Shown: positions 1 through 8,423 of the stretch, one piece after another
Position numbering within the stretch: position 1 is the stretch's first letter
Layout of the letters: each line of letters starts with the position of its first letter
Virus record (IMG/VR): IMGVR_UViG_3300025066_000004
Origin: an uncultured virus (IMG/VR IMGVR_UViG_3300025066_000004)
Taxonomy: Duplodnaviria > Heunggongvirae > Uroviricota > Caudoviricetes
Reading direction: 5' to 3' (one strand)
Length of the DNA: 64,000 bases
Program-made: the position numbers and the translations under genes
The notes under the pieces: model-generated
The model's input: only the letters and a program-made list of their open reading frames with translations
Database searches by the model: none
What the model was told of the DNA's origin: nothing

Positions 1-236
1 AACGAACTTTCATTCTCATTTTGATACCCAGCAAGTCTAGCCGCTTCTTCAGCTCGTCCCTCAGTTGCTATAAAAAACTCAACAAATAACGACTGCCTAA
101 ACGTTAATCCATTTGGTAACAACGCCCTTGTGTTCAACTTCTCACCATGTCTATCAAACAATTCATCCAGTGTTTGAATCAATTCCACCTTGAACTTTTT
201 AGGGTCTAACCCTAATGATTGAATATTTGTACCCAT
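1..236 (-). CDS. terS: Terminase small subunit, 5' part (runs off left edge; not in ORF track)
   Basis: Manual translation from ATG at 236 (GGAG at 241-244): MGTNIQSLGLDPKKFKVELIQTLDELFDRHGEKLNTRALLPNGLTFRQSLFVEFFIATEGRAEEAARLAGYQNE; LTxRQxxFV...AEEAARLAGY matches the HTH of Terminase_2-type TerS. Confidence 0.75.
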   Translation of the reverse strand, partial: MGTNIQSLGLDPKKFKVELIQTLDELFDRHGEKLNTRALLPNGLTFRQSLFVEFFIATEGRAEEAARLAGYQNENESS

Positions 237-280
237 AACACTCCAAAAATATTGAGTCACGTTATTTACATCTTATTTAC

Positions 281-286
281 ATTATA
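281..286 (-). promoter_or_regulatory. Possible -10 box (TATAAT) for terS
   Basis: Perfect TATAAT on - strand about 45 nt upstream of the terS ATG; -35 weak. Confidence 0.35.
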
Positions 287-474
287 CACAATCTACCTAC
301 AAAACAAGAAATCGGACGCCTCCGAAGACCGTCTCCTCGCGCAAGCGCTTCGGGCGGGGATGCGTGGGGGCATGGCGGGGGTGGCATTAGGGAAGGGTTA
401 AGGTTCACAGAAAGTGTGGGGGGTGGGTATAAACTAAGTTAATTTATACCTAACCCATGTAAGGAGTAATTTAT

Positions 475-771
475 ATGACAGAACTTGAGATTAAAAACGT
501 GAGGATTACTTTCTCACAACCTAGACACAACTAGAATCTAGTTAAGAAAATTGAGATCTTTTCAGGAGACGGCACTACAACAACCTTCTCCATCACTAGA
601 ACTCAACTAAGACTCAAACAGTGGGAAACTGTTCCTGACAATAAGCAAGTCTCAGAGCTTATTGCCGTAGAAGGATCAGACGCAGATAAATTCCTAAAAC
701 TCTTAGAAACGATGACAGACGGAACTTACTCCCTAAGAAGACGCCAGCCCATCTTCCAATTCAACGACTGA
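475..771 (+). pseudogene. 98-codon first early gene interrupted by one in-frame TAG (532-534); pseudogene, readthrough or sequence error
   Basis: AAGGAG SD, ATG 475, MTELEIKNVRITFSQPRHN*NLVKKIEIFSGDG...QPIFQFND, TGA 769-771. Confidence 0.6.
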
Positions 772-867
772 CCCGGGCTACCGCCCGGGGTAGCATCTCC
801 GCTTCGCTCCGATGCTCTGAAAACTGCGTCGTTCCTTCCGAGGTTTGGGGGGAGAAAATTAATTACT

Positions 868-943
868 TGAGGCACTTAGCGACTTAGACCCTGAGAATTT
901 AAAACTCTTAGAGTAACCTAGCTACTAAGTGCCTCATTTTTTT
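868..943 (+). terminator. Long imperfect hairpin with T-tract (terminator or RNase III-type stem)
   Basis: TGAGGCACTTAG (868-879) pairs with CTAAGTGCCTCA (925-936), followed by T7. Confidence 0.6.
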
Positions 944-961
944 GTTATTAAGGAGAAGAAC

Positions 962-1252
962 ATGAACGTAACAACCGTATTAACCTTGGAAATTGAGGAT
1001 CAAAACAGCCCCAATTTCCTACGAAGTAGTTTCCACTTCATCTTCCTCGAGGATGGAGATAACGAACAAGAGGAAATCCAGTGCTATCTGGATGGCCTCA
1101 AAACCGGAGATTCTGAATTCGTTATCTCCTCGAAAGAGGAGTGGACACCTGAAGAAATAATTGAAGATCAAACAGCTCAGTACGGGGAGGAGACTCCTCG
1201 ACTTTCTCTAACTCAAGCAGCAATAGCTCGCTGTAATGAGTTAGAGAGATAA
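962..1252 (+). CDS. Acidic hypothetical early protein
   Basis: ATG 962 with AAGGAG SD is a better start than 929; E/D-rich. Confidence 0.75.
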   Translation: MNVTTVLTLEIEDQNSPNFLRSSFHFIFLEDGDNEQEEIQCYLDGLKTGDSEFVISSKEEWTPEEIIEDQTAQYGEETPRLSLTQAAIARCNELER

Positions 1253-1269
1253 GGAGATAAGGAGATAAA

Positions 1270-1590
1270 GTGAAACTACCATACAGTGTTCTCGGAGGCC
1301 TTAGGGCCCAAGATGTCATCGAGGTAGTAAACCTCAGTGACGACGAAATTGACTTGATGATTCAGGAGAAACTCCAAGTGCTAGAAGGAGCCTACTTTAT
1401 AGCTCTAGCTTGGAGAGAGGCAAGCTCTAACAAGCAAAAACTCATCATGAAAATGATTAAGGAGAATTTTGCTCATCTATTAGACGCAGATGAGACAGAT
1501 GTAATGGATCTCCTCGAGCAATTCAAGGGACGGGACTTATCAAAAGAACAAACTCAAAAGATCTTCGAAGAGGAGATCTACATTAGCTAG
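1270..1590 (+). CDS. Hypothetical early protein
   Basis: AAGGAG SD + GTG, operon-like spacing. Confidence 0.75.
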   Translation: MKLPYSVLGGLRAQDVIEVVNLSDDEIDLMIQEKLQVLEGAYFIALAWREASSNKQKLIMKMIKENFAHLLDADETDVMDLLEQFKGRDLSKEQTQKIFEEEIYIS

Positions 1591-1603
1591 GAGGCTAAAT
1601 AAT

Positions 1604-2677
1604 ATGGACAAGCAAACCTTACTAAATCAGGTAAAGGAGTTAAATATGGGACCGAAATTCGCAGTATCCCAGAAGCAGATCAGGGTGATTCAAGGTTTAG
1701 ACACAAAAGAAATTCTAGAAAAGGTCATTGAGACCAAGCTAGACCCAGAGTTCGGAAGCCTTATCAAGGATCTCAACTCTCAACTACAAGAGCATTGGGC
1801 TTCAATGTCATTGGCTCGGAAAGGAGCCCCGCAATTCAAAGAGCTCGCACCGAATAACCGAGGACATAGAGGAGTGGTCTCGTTTAACTCAGCTCTCGAA
1901 GGGGAGATGAGTGCCATCGTAGAGACCGTAACAGACGAAGTCCTCAAAACAACCAACTACGAGATAAAGAAATCTCACCAACAAGGTGGGACCAAGAACA
2001 CTGGGCGGGCCGAAGATTCTCTTTGGTTACAGAGGAAACTATCCGCCGAAGAATTGGAAGAAATCAAGGCTTCTTACCCCAATCGAGAGGCCAATTGGTT
2101 CGAGTTGCATAAGATCGCCCAAGAGATCTCTGCACCGGGACTCGTAGGGATGATGAGGGATGATGAAAACTTAAGAATTCTTGTCTATCAGCCCTTATCA
2201 AAAGCAGGATTTTTAGACACAGAGATGGAAAAGTTCCGACGAGATCTCGAAGAGGAACACGAGCTCCAGAATTGTATCGGACCTGTAAGGGACGTAACAA
2301 GCGAAGTAAGAGAGCATTGGGGGATATTCAACCCCGAGCTGAAGGAGACTCAGGAAATGTTAGATGACGAATGTTATGACCTAGCAGGATTCATCATCGA
2401 CTTCAATGAGTTGGAACCTTACTGTCAAAAGTGGGAAGTAATATTCTCCACAGGAGCCTCCTCATACGTCTTTGCCCCTAAATGTTCAGCGGATGACAAG
2501 GACGATGAACTCATCGCCAGAGGAGTCTGGTTCAGGCACTCGATGTTGATAGATGTCCCAAAAGAGAGGGCCATCATTGATCGAGGGTCAGCGGGGAGAC
2601 ACAAAATCGAAGTAGAATACGACCAAGAACCCGAATACAAGCCAACAGTCCAAAGTCAAATGGACTTATTCGGTTAA
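1604..2677 (+). CDS. Hypothetical early protein (357 aa)
   Basis: Long ORF, GGAGG SD; no recognised motif. Confidence 0.8.
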   Translation: MDKQTLLNQVKELNMGPKFAVSQKQIRVIQGLDTKEILEKVIETKLDPEFGSLIKDLNSQLQEHWASMSLARKGAPQFKELAPNNRGHRGVVSFNSALEGEMSAIVETVTDEVLKTTNYEIKKSHQQGGTKNTGRAEDSLWLQRKLSAEELEEIKASYPNREANWFELHKIAQEISAPGLVGMMRDDENLRILVYQPLSKAGFLDTEMEKFRRDLEEEHELQNCIGPVRDVTSEVREHWGIFNPELKETQEMLDDECYDLAGFIIDFNELEPYCQKWEVIFSTGASSYVFAPKCSADDKDDELIARGVWFRHSMLIDVPKERAIIDRGSAGRHKIEVEYDQEPEYKPTVQSQMDLFG

Positions 2678-2700
2678 ACGACCTCCTAGTTGACCACAAC

Positions 2701-2752
2701 GAGAGAGACTTAAGGATTTTTCCCTAAGTCTCTCTCATTAAAAATTTTTTTT
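2701..2752 (+). terminator. Intrinsic terminator-like hairpin
   Basis: GAGAGAGACTTA/TAAGTCTCTCTC 12-bp stem, downstream T run. Confidence 0.65.
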
Positions 2753-2809
2753 ATGTAAACTAAAAACTTGGAAACAAAGATAGACTCACAAACCTAAGGA
2801 GGGCACTCA

Positions 2810-3112
2810 GTGAAAAACCACATAAACAATCCAATTCTCAAAGCATTAATGGAGACTACGAAGGACCTGGACCCAAAACAAGTATACGCTAATGTAGGTT
2901 ACGAGATAATAAGACTGCTAGACGTAGAAGACGTAGACAAAAATAACTTTGAATACGTTCAAACTCATGTAGCAACAACTCTCGCCTACTTCGCAGACCT
3001 GACTTCAATGGAGCACGTCCTAGAGATCTATCTCATGGTGAAGTCTCTAAATGAAGGACTGGAGCGAGGCGGAAAAGATTTCGTAAAGGACTTAAAAAAG
3101 GTTAAAAACTAA
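2810..3112 (+). CDS. Hypothetical protein, paralogue of the C-terminal half of 3380..4000
   Basis: SD + GTG; alignable EIIRLL..TH..L.FAD..S...M...LN.G...G..FVK.L. Confidence 0.75.
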   Translation: MKNHINNPILKALMETTKDLDPKQVYANVGYEIIRLLDVEDVDKNNFEYVQTHVATTLAYFADLTSMEHVLEIYLMVKSLNEGLERGGKDFVKDLKKVKN

Positions 3113-3387
3113 TGGAATTTAAACCCCCTAAAACTGAACAAGAGAAAGTGTCCGAAACATTGGACTCTCTAACCCGACACCTCACTTCCAAAGAACGGCT
3201 AATCAGTAAAGCAGTTGCAACAATTGTTAAACTGCTAAAAAGCCCAAAGCCAAGAGCCTCAATACTTGGAGCCACTCATATCTTCACAATCATAGAGATT
3301 TTAGGAGAAGTGATTGGCGAAGAACAATTAAACGAAGTGCTAGGAGCAATGACCCATATCAACAAGGAGTTACTTAACGATGAATGA
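3112..3387 (+). CDS. Hypothetical protein
   Basis: TAATG coupling to upstream gene. Confidence 0.75.
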   Translation: MEFKPPKTEQEKVSETLDSLTRHLTSKERLISKAVATIVKLLKSPKPRASILGATHIFTIIEILGEVIGEEQLNEVLGAMTHINKELLNDE

Positions 3388-4000
3388 AATCACTATCACA
3401 GATCAAAACACAAACGCTCCAATTGTTATCGCAGATCGAGACAACAAAGACCTCTGGCCTAAAGACATACAACATTGGCCTTTCATCCCAGAAGTAAACC
3501 AACCAATCCAATTCACAAGTCCACTAAACGGCACAGTGACTGGAATAGTAACAGCCGTCTACTCAAACGGAGACTTAGCGTTCTACCCCTTAGACTTGGG
3601 AAAAGAGAGAACAGCAACTTGGGATCTAAGTGCGAAAGAGTGGTCAAACTACTTCTTCAATGCCGCAAAGGAAGAGGAAGTTTCTGGAGCTCTAACCATA
3701 GAGTACTTCAATGTGGTCACTGAAGAAGTCTTAAGGCTATTGCCGTTAGATACTCTAGACCCATCAGCAGTTAACTTTACGAAGACCCACATCAGCTCGA
3801 TCTTAGGCTTCTTTGCTGACCATAGTTCAAGGGATGTAATTATCTACCTACACACCATGATCCGGGAACTCAACGACGGAATCTTGGCAGAAGGGGAAGA
3901 GTTCGTAAAGAAATTACGTGAAGCAACCAAACTTAACCCAACTAAGGATTCAATTCACTCTCTAGTAGACGTTAACAAAGCCAGGGAGAGAGAGAATTAA
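3380..4000 (+). CDS. Two-domain hypothetical protein
   Basis: AAGGAG SD; C-terminal half resembles 2810..3112. Confidence 0.8.
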   Translation: MNEITITDQNTNAPIVIADRDNKDLWPKDIQHWPFIPEVNQPIQFTSPLNGTVTGIVTAVYSNGDLAFYPLDLGKERTATWDLSAKEWSNYFFNAAKEEEVSGALTIEYFNVVTEEVLRLLPLDTLDPSAVNFTKTHISSILGFFADHSSRDVIIYLHTMIRELNDGILAEGEEFVKKLREATKLNPTKDSIHSLVDVNKAREREN

Positions 4001-4172
4001 TCCATATTACGACGAGTTCCCCCCTTGTGAAATTTGTGGAGAGGACCCTTCGGACTGTAAATGTCCGGAGTGTCCTTTTTGCTTTGAAATAGGAAACCCA
4101 AACTGCAAAGGAAGCCAAAGTGCCAAATCATGTATCAACCAAAATCAAATTCGAAACAAAAGAAGGCTTTGA
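3996..4172 (+). CDS. Cys-rich small protein, candidate ATT start (not in ORF track)
   Basis: INPYYDEFPPCEICGEDPSDCKCPECPFCFEIGNPNCKGSQ...; AGGGAG 7 nt upstream of ATT; no ATG/GTG/TTG start after the upstream stop. Confidence 0.5.
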   Translation: MNPYYDEFPPCEICGEDPSDCKCPECPFCFEIGNPNCKGSQSAKSCINQNQIRNKRRL

Positions 4173-4749
4173 TCTTCTCATCAATAAAGAAGAAGAATCC
4201 GTAGACTTCAACACCATAATCCCCATGCCAGAAATCATTTCAAACGACAGCATCTCCAATGAAGTAGCCGAAGCAACTAACTACCTCTGCAAAGAAAGGG
4301 GTATCGACTTCACAATGGGGTTTAGTTTTAACCCAATAACCAAAGAGAAATTCGAAAAACTCAGTGACTCTGTAAAAGAGGGTGCTGAACGAATGATCAA
4401 AGCAAAACTAGAAACTGGACACTTTGATTGGTATGGATGGAGAATCCACCACTGGGGAACAAAATGGGGAGCATACAACTCTACCATTAACGAAGAAACT
4501 CTCACAATTTACTTCGACACTGCTTGGAGTACCCCACAACCTATTTTTGAAAAACTAGCAGAACTCCTCCCTAACGATAGATTCGTCGCAGAATACGCAG
4601 ACGAGGATCTTGGGAGCAACTGCGGTAGCTACACCAACGAAGGAGGAATCCTGATCTGGGAAAGCAAAGTAAATGATATCGAATTTGCTTGTAAACTAAC
4701 TGGTTACGATTACCAGGAATACTTGGAGGATGCCGAACAACATGACTAA
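4120..4749 (+). CDS. DUF1281/YubB ferredoxin-like domain protein
   Basis: MPNH start, DFNxIIPMP, DWYxWRxxHWGTKW, FDTAWSxP motifs. Confidence 0.8.
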   Translation: MPNHVSTKIKFETKEGFDLLINKEEESVDFNTIIPMPEIISNDSISNEVAEATNYLCKERGIDFTMGFSFNPITKEKFEKLSDSVKEGAERMIKAKLETGHFDWYGWRIHHWGTKWGAYNSTINEETLTIYFDTAWSTPQPIFEKLAELLPNDRFVAEYADEDLGSNCGSYTNEGGILIWESKVNDIEFACKLTGYDYQEYLEDAEQHD

Positions 4750-4835
4750 GTGAGTGACGATGTCCGGGCGCATATCCTACGGAATTAAGCAACCATCATG
4801 TATCAAGTTGCAAATGAAAGAGGGGTGTTGGTTGT

Positions 4836-4958
4836 ATGAAAACTCTAGATAACCTTTACACATTGATTCAACACCCCAAAGCATTTTTGTATTCAAACTT
4901 TAATAAAGCGGTAGAAGTATCGTCGATAAAAGCAGAATTATTAAAGGCTCTTTCATGA
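4836..4958 (+). CDS. 40-aa hypothetical protein (not in ORF track)
   Basis: MKTLDNLYTLIQHPKAFLYSNFNKAVEVSSIKAELLKALS; ATGA overlap with next gene. Confidence 0.4.
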   Translation: MKTLDNLYTLIQHPKAFLYSNFNKAVEVSSIKAELLKALS

Positions 4959-5173
4959 AACCCAACTATTGGAACTCAGATATTTCAAATGCCCCACGCT
5001 CTGATGTAATATTAGCGAGAACCACTCCATACGGAAACAACTGGGCAGCATACCGAGTACTTAAATACTCAGGGACCCTAAATACTTGGTTCTTAGCAGG
5101 AAGTGGAAAAGCAATTCCCAATTCTGAAATTACACACTGGACGAAAATCTACCCTCCTGAGGAAGTGCTATGA
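4955..5173 (+). CDS. Small phage protein, DUF551-like C-terminus
   Basis: ITHWxxIxPP ending; ATGA overlaps. Confidence 0.55.
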   Translation: MKPNYWNSDISNAPRSDVILARTTPYGNNWAAYRVLKYSGTLNTWFLAGSGKAIPNSEITHWTKIYPPEEVL

Positions 5174-5757
5174 CGAAACCAAAAGGCCATTGCCCAAAAT
5201 GCGAATGCAAAAATGTAGAACAAGAGAACTTTCTTGGGAAATACTCAGAATGGATTTGTTTAGACTGCGAGTATACTTGGAAATCACTGAATAAGGGGAC
5301 CAAAATGACCGAAAAAGAAGACGAAAAAGAGCTCAGAACCTTTTTAAATATTAGATACGTTAAAACCCCTGATAAAATAAGAAGAGGGTTTTGTTCTTTT
5401 AGAGTAATCTGCAAAGACGGATTCAGTATGTCCGTTCAAGGTTCAAACTCTGCCTACAGCAATCCAAGAAGTTCCTATGTGAAAGACTTTAACTACACTG
5501 AAGTAGAAATAGGATTCCCCTCGGAAGTAGACCCTTTAATCGTACCTTTCGAAGAAGACCCCCTGGAACATTCTAGCTGTGTTTTCCCTTATGTCCCATT
5601 TTCAGTAGTGCTAAAAGTTGTTAAAAAACATGGGGGCTTCGACGCAAAAGCAAGTTACGCTCAAATTAACAACAACAGTGACAAAGACACTCCAAAAGGA
5701 CCAGAAGACAAAGGTCCTTGGATGGATCTAGGAGTACAAGATGTCCTTAAATTTTGA
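5170..5757 (+). CDS. Zn-ribbon fused to conserved phage domain
   Basis: CPKC...CLDC N-terminus; CKDGFSMSVQGS..YS.PR...EVEIGFPS...VFPYVP...KHGG domain common in phage early regions. Confidence 0.7.
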   Translation: MTKPKGHCPKCECKNVEQENFLGKYSEWICLDCEYTWKSLNKGTKMTEKEDEKELRTFLNIRYVKTPDKIRRGFCSFRVICKDGFSMSVQGSNSAYSNPRSSYVKDFNYTEVEIGFPSEVDPLIVPFEEDPLEHSSCVFPYVPFSVVLKVVKKHGGFDAKASYAQINNNSDKDTPKGPEDKGPWMDLGVQDVLKF

Positions 5758-6100
5758 CCTCAACAAAATAAAAGATACAGAGGACCTGTACAACAAGACA
5801 GAAGATGGCTTATACAGATTAAAAGAAGACGTTGAAACCCTTATTTTCATAACCTTGGCAATTGGATTAGACAAAATCTCTGAAAAGAACAAAGACGAAT
5901 TCTACAGAAGGGTAATTATGTGGAACATAGCCTTTGGTTTCTCTGACCCTCTCGCCAATTTAAAAGCCTCCATAGACAGATGTATCGGCTTAAAAACTAA
6001 TGCCACTATTTACACTAAAGCAAAGTTTAATGCTACGCTCATTAAAATCTTAGAAAACAGAGCAATTCAAAAAATCCAAGAGGCAAAAAATAATGACTGA
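5741..6100 (+). CDS. Hypothetical phage protein
   Basis: GGAG SD, overlapping operon. Confidence 0.7.
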   Translation: MSLNFDLNKIKDTEDLYNKTEDGLYRLKEDVETLIFITLAIGLDKISEKNKDEFYRRVIMWNIAFGFSDPLANLKASIDRCIGLKTNATIYTKAKFNATLIKILENRAIQKIQEAKNND

Positions 6101-6560
6101 AATTCTCTTCAACCTCACCCAAAGTCGCATTCTCCTAAATAAACTCATTGATGTCTTAGTAAAACATGGAGGAGTAAAACTACCAAAGGTTAGGACAAAC
6201 TACCAAAAAGACGCTACCCCTCTAGAGCAAATGGAAAATGATAGCGCTGAAATGACAAAAGCAATAGGATCAATTTTCAGAGTTAGCACTCTCGCAGTTA
6301 ATGGGGTTGGAATCGAAGTTCACATCCCCTCTCAACTTATCAGAGTCTCTTTTGCCATGGGCTTCAATGCCGGGTTCCCTAAAGCTTCAATTGGGATCTT
6401 CACCCTCCCATTAAGCGACTGGGCTCTGAAAAGTGTAAGACCTGTAGAAGAAATCATCCCTTTAGCCCAACATTGGGGCTCACACATCAATGATTGGTTC
6501 CTGTATAATGACCAAGTAGACCTAAATCTTTTAGAGGAGACCACAAATGCCGATAATTGA
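6093..6560 (+). CDS. Hypothetical protein
   Basis: Overlapping operon. Confidence 0.7.
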   Translation: MTEILFNLTQSRILLNKLIDVLVKHGGVKLPKVRTNYQKDATPLEQMENDSAEMTKAIGSIFRVSTLAVNGVGIEVHIPSQLIRVSFAMGFNAGFPKASIGIFTLPLSDWALKSVRPVEEIIPLAQHWGSHINDWFLYNDQVDLNLLEETTNADN

Positions 6561-6855
6561 GAACTTATTCGGAGCTATCGCAGATATTAACCTTATCGAA
6601 GCTGAGGCCAAGAAATACAAAGAAGCTTTCTTAGAAAACCAAGCCCTTTATGCTGCCCTCCAATCCCAATTTAAAAGTCAAGGAGAGGCTTACCAAGCTC
6701 AAAAAGACGCTATCAAAAGAGCAGAAAATGTTGCTCAAAAAGCAGATGGCCTCCTCACTAAGCTACTTAAGACGGTTAAAAGCAAAGAAAAAGCTGAAAT
6801 TAAGAAAACCTTGGGACTAGTTCAACAAATCCCAAAGATCCTTTACCCTCAATAA
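6547..6855 (+). CDS. Coiled-coil hypothetical protein
   Basis: GAGGAG SD; A/K/Q/E-rich helix. Confidence 0.7.
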   Translation: MPIIENLFGAIADINLIEAEAKKYKEAFLENQALYAALQSQFKSQGEAYQAQKDAIKRAENVAQKADGLLTKLLKTVKSKEKAEIKKTLGLVQQIPKILYPQ

Positions 6856-6868
6856 GCTCAACTAAACT

Positions 6869-6906
6869 AAAAAAAGGAGTCTTAAGTAATTTTGACTCCC
6901 TTTTTT
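6869..6906 (+). terminator. Intrinsic terminator
   Basis: A7-GGAGTC...GACTCC-C-T6. Confidence 0.65.
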
Positions 6907-6924
6907 GCATTAAAGGAGAATAGC

Positions 6925-7164
6925 GTGAGCGGAAAACCAAGTAAGACTAGACCAACTATCCAAGCCTACCACATTGCAACAGGGGGGATCTATTGCCCCT
7001 TTTGCCGAGAAGAGAATCTCAATACCCCCGAACCCCCTGTAGAATATAGCGGGGGGTATCAACAAAGAGTTGAGTGCACTAGTTGTGATGCAGAATGGGT
7101 AAATACTTTCAAACTAACGGGCTACATAAGCCTCATAAACGAAGAGGGAGAAGACATCCTATGA
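6925..7164 (+). CDS. Zn-ribbon protein
   Basis: AAGGAG + GTG 6925; CPFC...CTSC. Confidence 0.7.
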   Translation: MSGKPSKTRPTIQAYHIATGGIYCPFCREENLNTPEPPVEYSGGYQQRVECTSCDAEWVNTFKLTGYISLINEEGEDIL

Positions 7165-7340
7165 ACTGGGAACTTGTAACCCACGACAACTCTTCCGAAA
7201 CAGAACGACTCGAAGTCCCTGGAGGCTGGATAGTTAGAACTAGAGAATGGGACATGATAAACGGAAAAAATACCTACTACTCAACTAATCAACTCTTCAT
7301 CAGAGACATCTACCACAAGTGGACAGTGAAGAAAGGATAA
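7161..7340 (+). CDS. Small phage protein (VPGGW motif)
   Basis: ATG 7161 with SD; TERLEVPGGWIVR. Confidence 0.65.
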   Translation: MNWELVTHDNSSETERLEVPGGWIVRTREWDMINGKNTYYSTNQLFIRDIYHKWTVKKG

Positions 7341-7384
7341 CTCCAATATCAAAACAACTAACCCCTTAATAAGGAGCAACTAGG

Positions 7385-7726
7385 ATGGAGTATTTTAATC
7401 GTTTTTTAGAGCACACCAATGGTTACGCTAAGTCTTTTTTTCAAAACGAAGATAATGTGAAGGCGTGCAAAATTTCCAAAGATGATCTCGCCGGTTGGCA
7501 CGCTGACTTGGTTAACTATCTTAATTTTGATGGTAAGCCGGATGAGGAGATTATTCGCGGATTAAAAGCTTATGAAGCGTGGTGCTTTTGTAGTGGCCCG
7601 CCAAAGATGAGTGACATCCGCATGGCACTTGATGGGCATTTCACCAGACGCGAATGGGGGGATAGAAAGTGGAAGCTTTTGTTTGATGTTCTGGAGGGTA
7701 AGGTTGATTCGGCCAAAAGAGTATGA
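7385..7726 (+). CDS. Hypothetical protein on a compositionally distinct (G/T-richer) patch
   Basis: AAGGAG SD; codon style differs from neighbours. Confidence 0.65.
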   Translation: MEYFNRFLEHTNGYAKSFFQNEDNVKACKISKDDLAGWHADLVNYLNFDGKPDEEIIRGLKAYEAWCFCSGPPKMSDIRMALDGHFTRREWGDRKWKLLFDVLEGKVDSAKRV

Positions 7727-7765
7727 CGAAATTTTGAGTAGGTATCAAGAGCCTGAGCGGTTGAT

Positions 7766-8083
7766 ATGATGGATTTCGATTACAACTATCTTGAGTTTTT
7801 AGAAAGGTTACTTGAGAGTATGGATTGTGAAGACCTTGAAGACTTAGAGAGAAGAGTCTACAAAGATACAGAGTGCGGGGCCTGGATTAAAATAGAGGAT
7901 ACCTTTAGGTATGGTCCCGTGATTAGTCTTGGCTCAATTATTGAAGGCCAATGCGGGGAGATCGAGGCAACCCCTTACCATTGGCTAGACGATGAAGAAG
8001 ATAACCCCGGTGCATGGATTATAGAAGCTATGGAATGGGTTGATGGTGAAGTAGATAGAGCGTATGATCCTGATTTAGACTAA
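7766..8083 (+). CDS. Acidic phage protein
   Basis: RRVYKDTECGAW...GSIIEG motif; very D/E-rich. Confidence 0.7.
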   Translation: MMDFDYNYLEFLERLLESMDCEDLEDLERRVYKDTECGAWIKIEDTFRYGPVISLGSIIEGQCGEIEATPYHWLDDEEDNPGAWIIEAMEWVDGEVDRAYDPDLD

Positions 8084-8096
8084 CCAATACCTCACT

Positions 8097-8144
8097 AAAA
8101 AATCCTTGCCTATCAGGTTCTATCCCAGGTAGGCAAGGATTTTT
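8097..8144 (+). terminator. Terminator-like hairpin, possibly bidirectional
   Basis: AAAAATCCTTGCCTA...TAGGCAAGGATTTTT. Confidence 0.7.
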
Positions 8145-8195
8145 AATTTCGCAGAACTGGATCAGGGAGTTTTTGGGGCCGATTGAGGAAGAGAG

Positions 8196-8423
8196 ATGAT
8201 GTTAAGCAAAGAATACGACCAAGCACTACACAAGCTAACAGGCGGTCACGAAATACGCTGGAGGCTGACACCGGAAGAAATTAAACAATACGAAGACGAA
8301 TGCGACAAACATATGCACGATATGCTGATACGTCGCTTGAGTCGGCAGATTGGAACTGTTGAATGGGGGTTGGGCGGGGTTAGTAAGTTCATAAAGTTAG
8401 CCGAGGCGAGGAGTAAAAAATGA
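8196..8423 (+). CDS. Hypothetical protein
   Basis: GAGG SD; ATGA overlap to next gene. Confidence 0.55.
   Translation: MMLSKEYDQALHKLTGGHEIRWRLTPEEIKQYEDECDKHMHDMLIRRLSRQIGTVEWGLGGVSKFIKLAEARSKK

Noticed and set aside
219..401. 60-aa + strand ORF
   Set aside because: TTG start without SD, overlaps the terS start and a structured G-rich control region
7700..7770. Possible frameshifted C-terminus of 7385..7726 (PKEYDEILSRYQEPERLI)
   Set aside because: Short alternative frame with no slippery site or other support; could be chance
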